Assembly: GCA_016926735.1 (NCBI GenBank) | Contig: JAFGOA010000081.1 | Location: forward strand, 1 to 20,308 | From: Promethearchaeota archaeon | GTDB lineage: Archaea > Asgardarchaeota > Lokiarchaeia > Sigyniarchaeales > SOKP01 | Direction: 5' to 3' | DNA length: 20,308 nucleotides | Shown here: positions 17,954 through 20,308 of the stretch, in pieces | How positions within the stretch are numbered: position 1 is the first letter of the stretch | How the letters are laid out: the number at the start of each line of letters is the position of its first letter | The notes under the pieces: model-generated | The model's database searches: none | What the model was told of the DNA's origin: nothing | What the model saw: the letters and a program-made list of their open reading frames with translations, nothing else | Translations under genes and position numbers: made by a program

Positions 17954-18131
17954 GATTGCATTCAACTTTAAATTTCAATTTTTTTTCTTTTTCTATTTTT
18001 ATTTTAATTGAAAAGTAATTTTTCAATAAGTATTTTTTTTTTAAAAAAAGATTTATATTCTGATTTTCATCTTCTTTTCAATCTAATATATTATATAATA
18101 TTCTAAAAAAAAAATTAATAGGAAGAAAGAT

Positions 18132-19277
18132 ATGAAAAAATCAGCTTTATTTTTATTGTCTATTATTGCTATTGGAACAATCGTAGGTGTTTTATCATAT
18201 TTTATTATTTTTTATAAGCCAAGTACACAAACCACTACTAAATATGTTCGAATTTATGTAAATAGTACTATTTATGGAAGTATATCCACAGAAATTTCCC
18301 AATATGAGCAAGATGTGAAGAATCAAGGATATTTAACTGATGTAATAAGTTGGTCAAATACTGATGTCGTTCAACTAAAAGGGGATCTAATAAATGCCTA
18401 TAATAATTCTTTTGTTGGTGCAGTCTTCATTGGAAAAATACCCTATGCTCTTTATGATAATCTTAGTATTTCAGACACAGAAGCATTATATCCCTGTGAT
18501 TTATTTCTAATGGATTTGGATGGACTTTGGTTAGATTTAAATCCCACAGGTGATGGAATTTTTGATGGTCATACTACAGGAACAGGAGATGTTTATCCAG
18601 AAATATGGATTGGAAGAATTAATCCTGAATGTCTCAATAATCTAGGATTTTCCTATATTCAAGCTTATAAAGATTATTTTAAAAAAAATCATGATTATAG
18701 AACGGGAAGTTTAACTCGTCCTGATCAAGCTTTACTCTATATTGATGATGATTGGGCTAATATACAATCTTCTATGTATAATGATTTTAATTCCGCTAAT
18801 TGTTTCTCATCAATCACTAATATATATAATCTTTTAATGACAACTGATATTGATTATGAAAATAACCAAATAACAAATGCATCTTATAAATGGGTCCATC
18901 TTATGGCCCATTCATGGGCATATAGACATCAATGGGGACCTGGAGGAACTGGTTCTGAAGGATATACAACTAATACTGAAATAAATTCGATTGTAACCCA
19001 ACCACTTTTTTACAATCTTTTCTCATGTTATGCTTGTGATATAAGTTATACAAATAATATGGGAACTCAATATCTTTTCTCAAATAACACCTTAGCTGTT
19101 GTGGGATCTACAAAATCAGGAGGTATGTGGATGATAAGCTCTTTCTATAGCCCCCTTGGTCAAGGAAAAACAATTGGAGAATCATTTCGATTATGGTGGT
19201 GGAATAGTCTTCACGGTCCCTTAGATAAAGTATCTCGAGGATTAACTATTCTTGGAGATCCTCTTCTTACAATATAA
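18132..19277 (+). CDS. Membrane-anchored/secreted C25 (gingipain-like, clan CD) cysteine peptidase
   Basis: N-terminal hydrophobic anchor; motifs FIG.IP, CDLF.MDLDG, PEIWIGRI, putative catalytic His (HLMAHS) and Cys (LFSCYAC), G.TIGE, and terminal LGDP.L. Confidence 0.8.
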   Translation: MKKSALFLLSIIAIGTIVGVLSYFIIFYKPSTQTTTKYVRIYVNSTIYGSISTEISQYEQDVKNQGYLTDVISWSNTDVVQLKGDLINAYNNSFVGAVFIGKIPYALYDNLSISDTEALYPCDLFLMDLDGLWLDLNPTGDGIFDGHTTGTGDVYPEIWIGRINPECLNNLGFSYIQAYKDYFKKNHDYRTGSLTRPDQALLYIDDDWANIQSSMYNDFNSANCFSSITNIYNLLMTTDIDYENNQITNASYKWVHLMAHSWAYRHQWGPGGTGSEGYTTNTEINSIVTQPLFYNLFSCYACDISYTNNMGTQYLFSNNTLAVVGSTKSGGMWMISSFYSPLGQGKTIGESFRLWWWNSLHGPLDKVSRGLTILGDPLLTI

Positions 19278-19335
19278 AACTCTTTTTTTTTTATTTTGAA
19301 TAATAGAAAGAAAATTAAAAAGATAATATATTAAT

Positions 19336-20064
19336 TTAATCAGTTTCAGATTTATTTAAGAACTGTTTAATTTCATCTTTTGAAGCAACTGTGAATTTTT
19401 TATCTTCAGATTTTATATAAGAAAGTCTGATATTTTCTTCAGTCGATTCTTCATCGTTAGCTTCTTTAACAGAGTTCAGAGCTAATTGAACAAGATCTTC
19501 AAATTCTAAATCTTCACTATAATTAGTTCTTAAATATTCACGAGCAGTAGCTTCACCACTACCCATTGCATAAGCTTTAAATGATCGGTAGATTCCACTT
19601 GGTGATGTTGTGTATATTTGAGTACCATCAGAATCAATTCCAATAAAGAATAAAGCACATCCCCATGGTCTTATTCCTCCATATTGAGTATATTGTTGCA
19701 TAACATCTGCAATCACTTTTACTAACATATTAAGACGAACTGGTTCGTCATAGGTTAATCTAAATGATTGTGATTGAACTCTTGCATAATCTACTAATAC
19801 ACGAGAATCTGCATGAAGTCCTGAAATTGCTACACCAATATGTCCATCAACTTGGAATATCTTATCAATTTCATTTGCATCCATTAATTTGGAAGGTATT
19901 TTTATTTGAGCAACTAAACATACATCTTTTTTAGATTTTACAGCAACTGCTAATGTTCCTCGTCGAACTGCTTCTAAAGCATATTCTACTTGATAAAGGC
20001 GACCCTCTGGACTAAATACAGTAAGTGCCCTATCATATTTTATTTGTCCGCCACCACCAAACAT
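19336..20064 (-). CDS. psmA: Archaeal 20S proteasome alpha subunit
   Basis: YDRALTVFSPEGRLYQVEYA signature, SGLHADSRVL, QQYTQYGGIRP.G, PSG, A.AMGSG. Confidence 0.97.
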   Translation of the reverse strand: MFGGGGQIKYDRALTVFSPEGRLYQVEYALEAVRRGTLAVAVKSKKDVCLVAQIKIPSKLMDANEIDKIFQVDGHIGVAISGLHADSRVLVDYARVQSQSFRLTYDEPVRLNMLVKVIADVMQQYTQYGGIRPWGCALFFIGIDSDGTQIYTTSPSGIYRSFKAYAMGSGEATAREYLRTNYSEDLEFEDLVQLALNSVKEANDEESTEENIRLSYIKSEDKKFTVASKDEIKQFLNKSETD

Positions 20065-20176
20065 AGATAATTCAGCTCTTTAAAGTATAAGTAATTAATA
20101 TTTTTAATTGATTATTATAATCTAATATTATTTACAAATTTAAAGTCTAATTTTAATTTAATGTTTATGGAACAAA

Positions 20177-20308
20177 TGATAACCTTCAAATTATTTATAA
20201 AAAATTGGTAATTTCTACAACATTCCAAAATTTATTCCAATCATCAACCTTTCCCGTAGAGGAAAGACCAGCCCTAAGGTTATCAGACTGTGCGCTCGGA
20301 CTCGATAC
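20177..20308 (-). other. Unassigned GC-enriched, potentially structured segment (ncRNA candidate or 3' end of a truncated CDS)
   Basis: 10-bp inverted repeat TGATAACCTT (20177-20186) / AAGGTTATCA (20276-20285); hairpin CTTTCC-N6-GGAAAG (20249-20266). One minus-strand frame is also open from the edge to TAA at 20195-20197. Confidence 0.3.

Noticed and set aside
20258-20274. GAGGAAAGACCAGCCC resembling RNase P RNA conserved region I (GAGGAAAGUCC)
   Set aside because: The conserved U is replaced by A, the segment pairs in a local hairpin, and no P1-P3 context is recognisable. Not supportable without a covariance search.
20240-20290. Eukaryote-like SECIS element (known in Lokiarchaeota)
   Set aside because: The stem register and length do not fit the UGA/GA quartet plus helix II geometry, and no in-frame TGA selenoprotein is visible in the window.
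20296-20308. tRNA T-arm-like GTATCGAGTCC on the minus strand
   Set aside because: It does not match GTTCGA, and no acceptor stem can be verified within the window.
1-20308. CRISPR arrays, IS elements, integrases or defence systems
   Set aside because: No regularly spaced DNA repeats, terminal inverted repeats with a transposase, or nuclease/defence motifs seen. Poly-A/T runs reflect low GC and probable archaeal oligo-T terminators.

Overview
Very AT-rich (roughly 25% GC by eye) archaeal chromosomal segment with no rRNA, tRNA, CRISPR array or transposase. The archaeal proteasome alpha subunit, archaeal-type RFC genes, CdrS-like RHH protein, large Trp-marked helical-repeat protein and FN3-extended membrane protein suggest an Asgard archaeon, probably Lokiarchaeia/Promethearchaeota (inference). 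Contents in order: a coiled-coil plus winged-helix protein; a GbsR/MarR regulator with pepT; a three-gene clamp-loader operon (canonical RFC-S, a second RFC-S with degenerate Walker B and sensor 2 but intact SRC arginine finger, and an RFC-L lacking the usual C-terminal PIP tail); a membrane-protein gene with a decayed tandem paralog; a GNAT, a 4xCxxC zinc protein and a PC4-like small protein divergent from a CdrS-like RHH regulator, with a perfect 16-bp palindrome between them; a 1041-aa helical-repeat protein; a small wH protein; a UPF0182 protein with extra FN3-like domains; a gingipain-like C25 peptidase; psmA; and an unexplained GC-richer, structured segment at the right edge. The strongest signals are the heteromeric RFC with a probable pseudo-ATPase (Rfc5-like role), the RHH/palindrome module and the graded-repeat giant protein.
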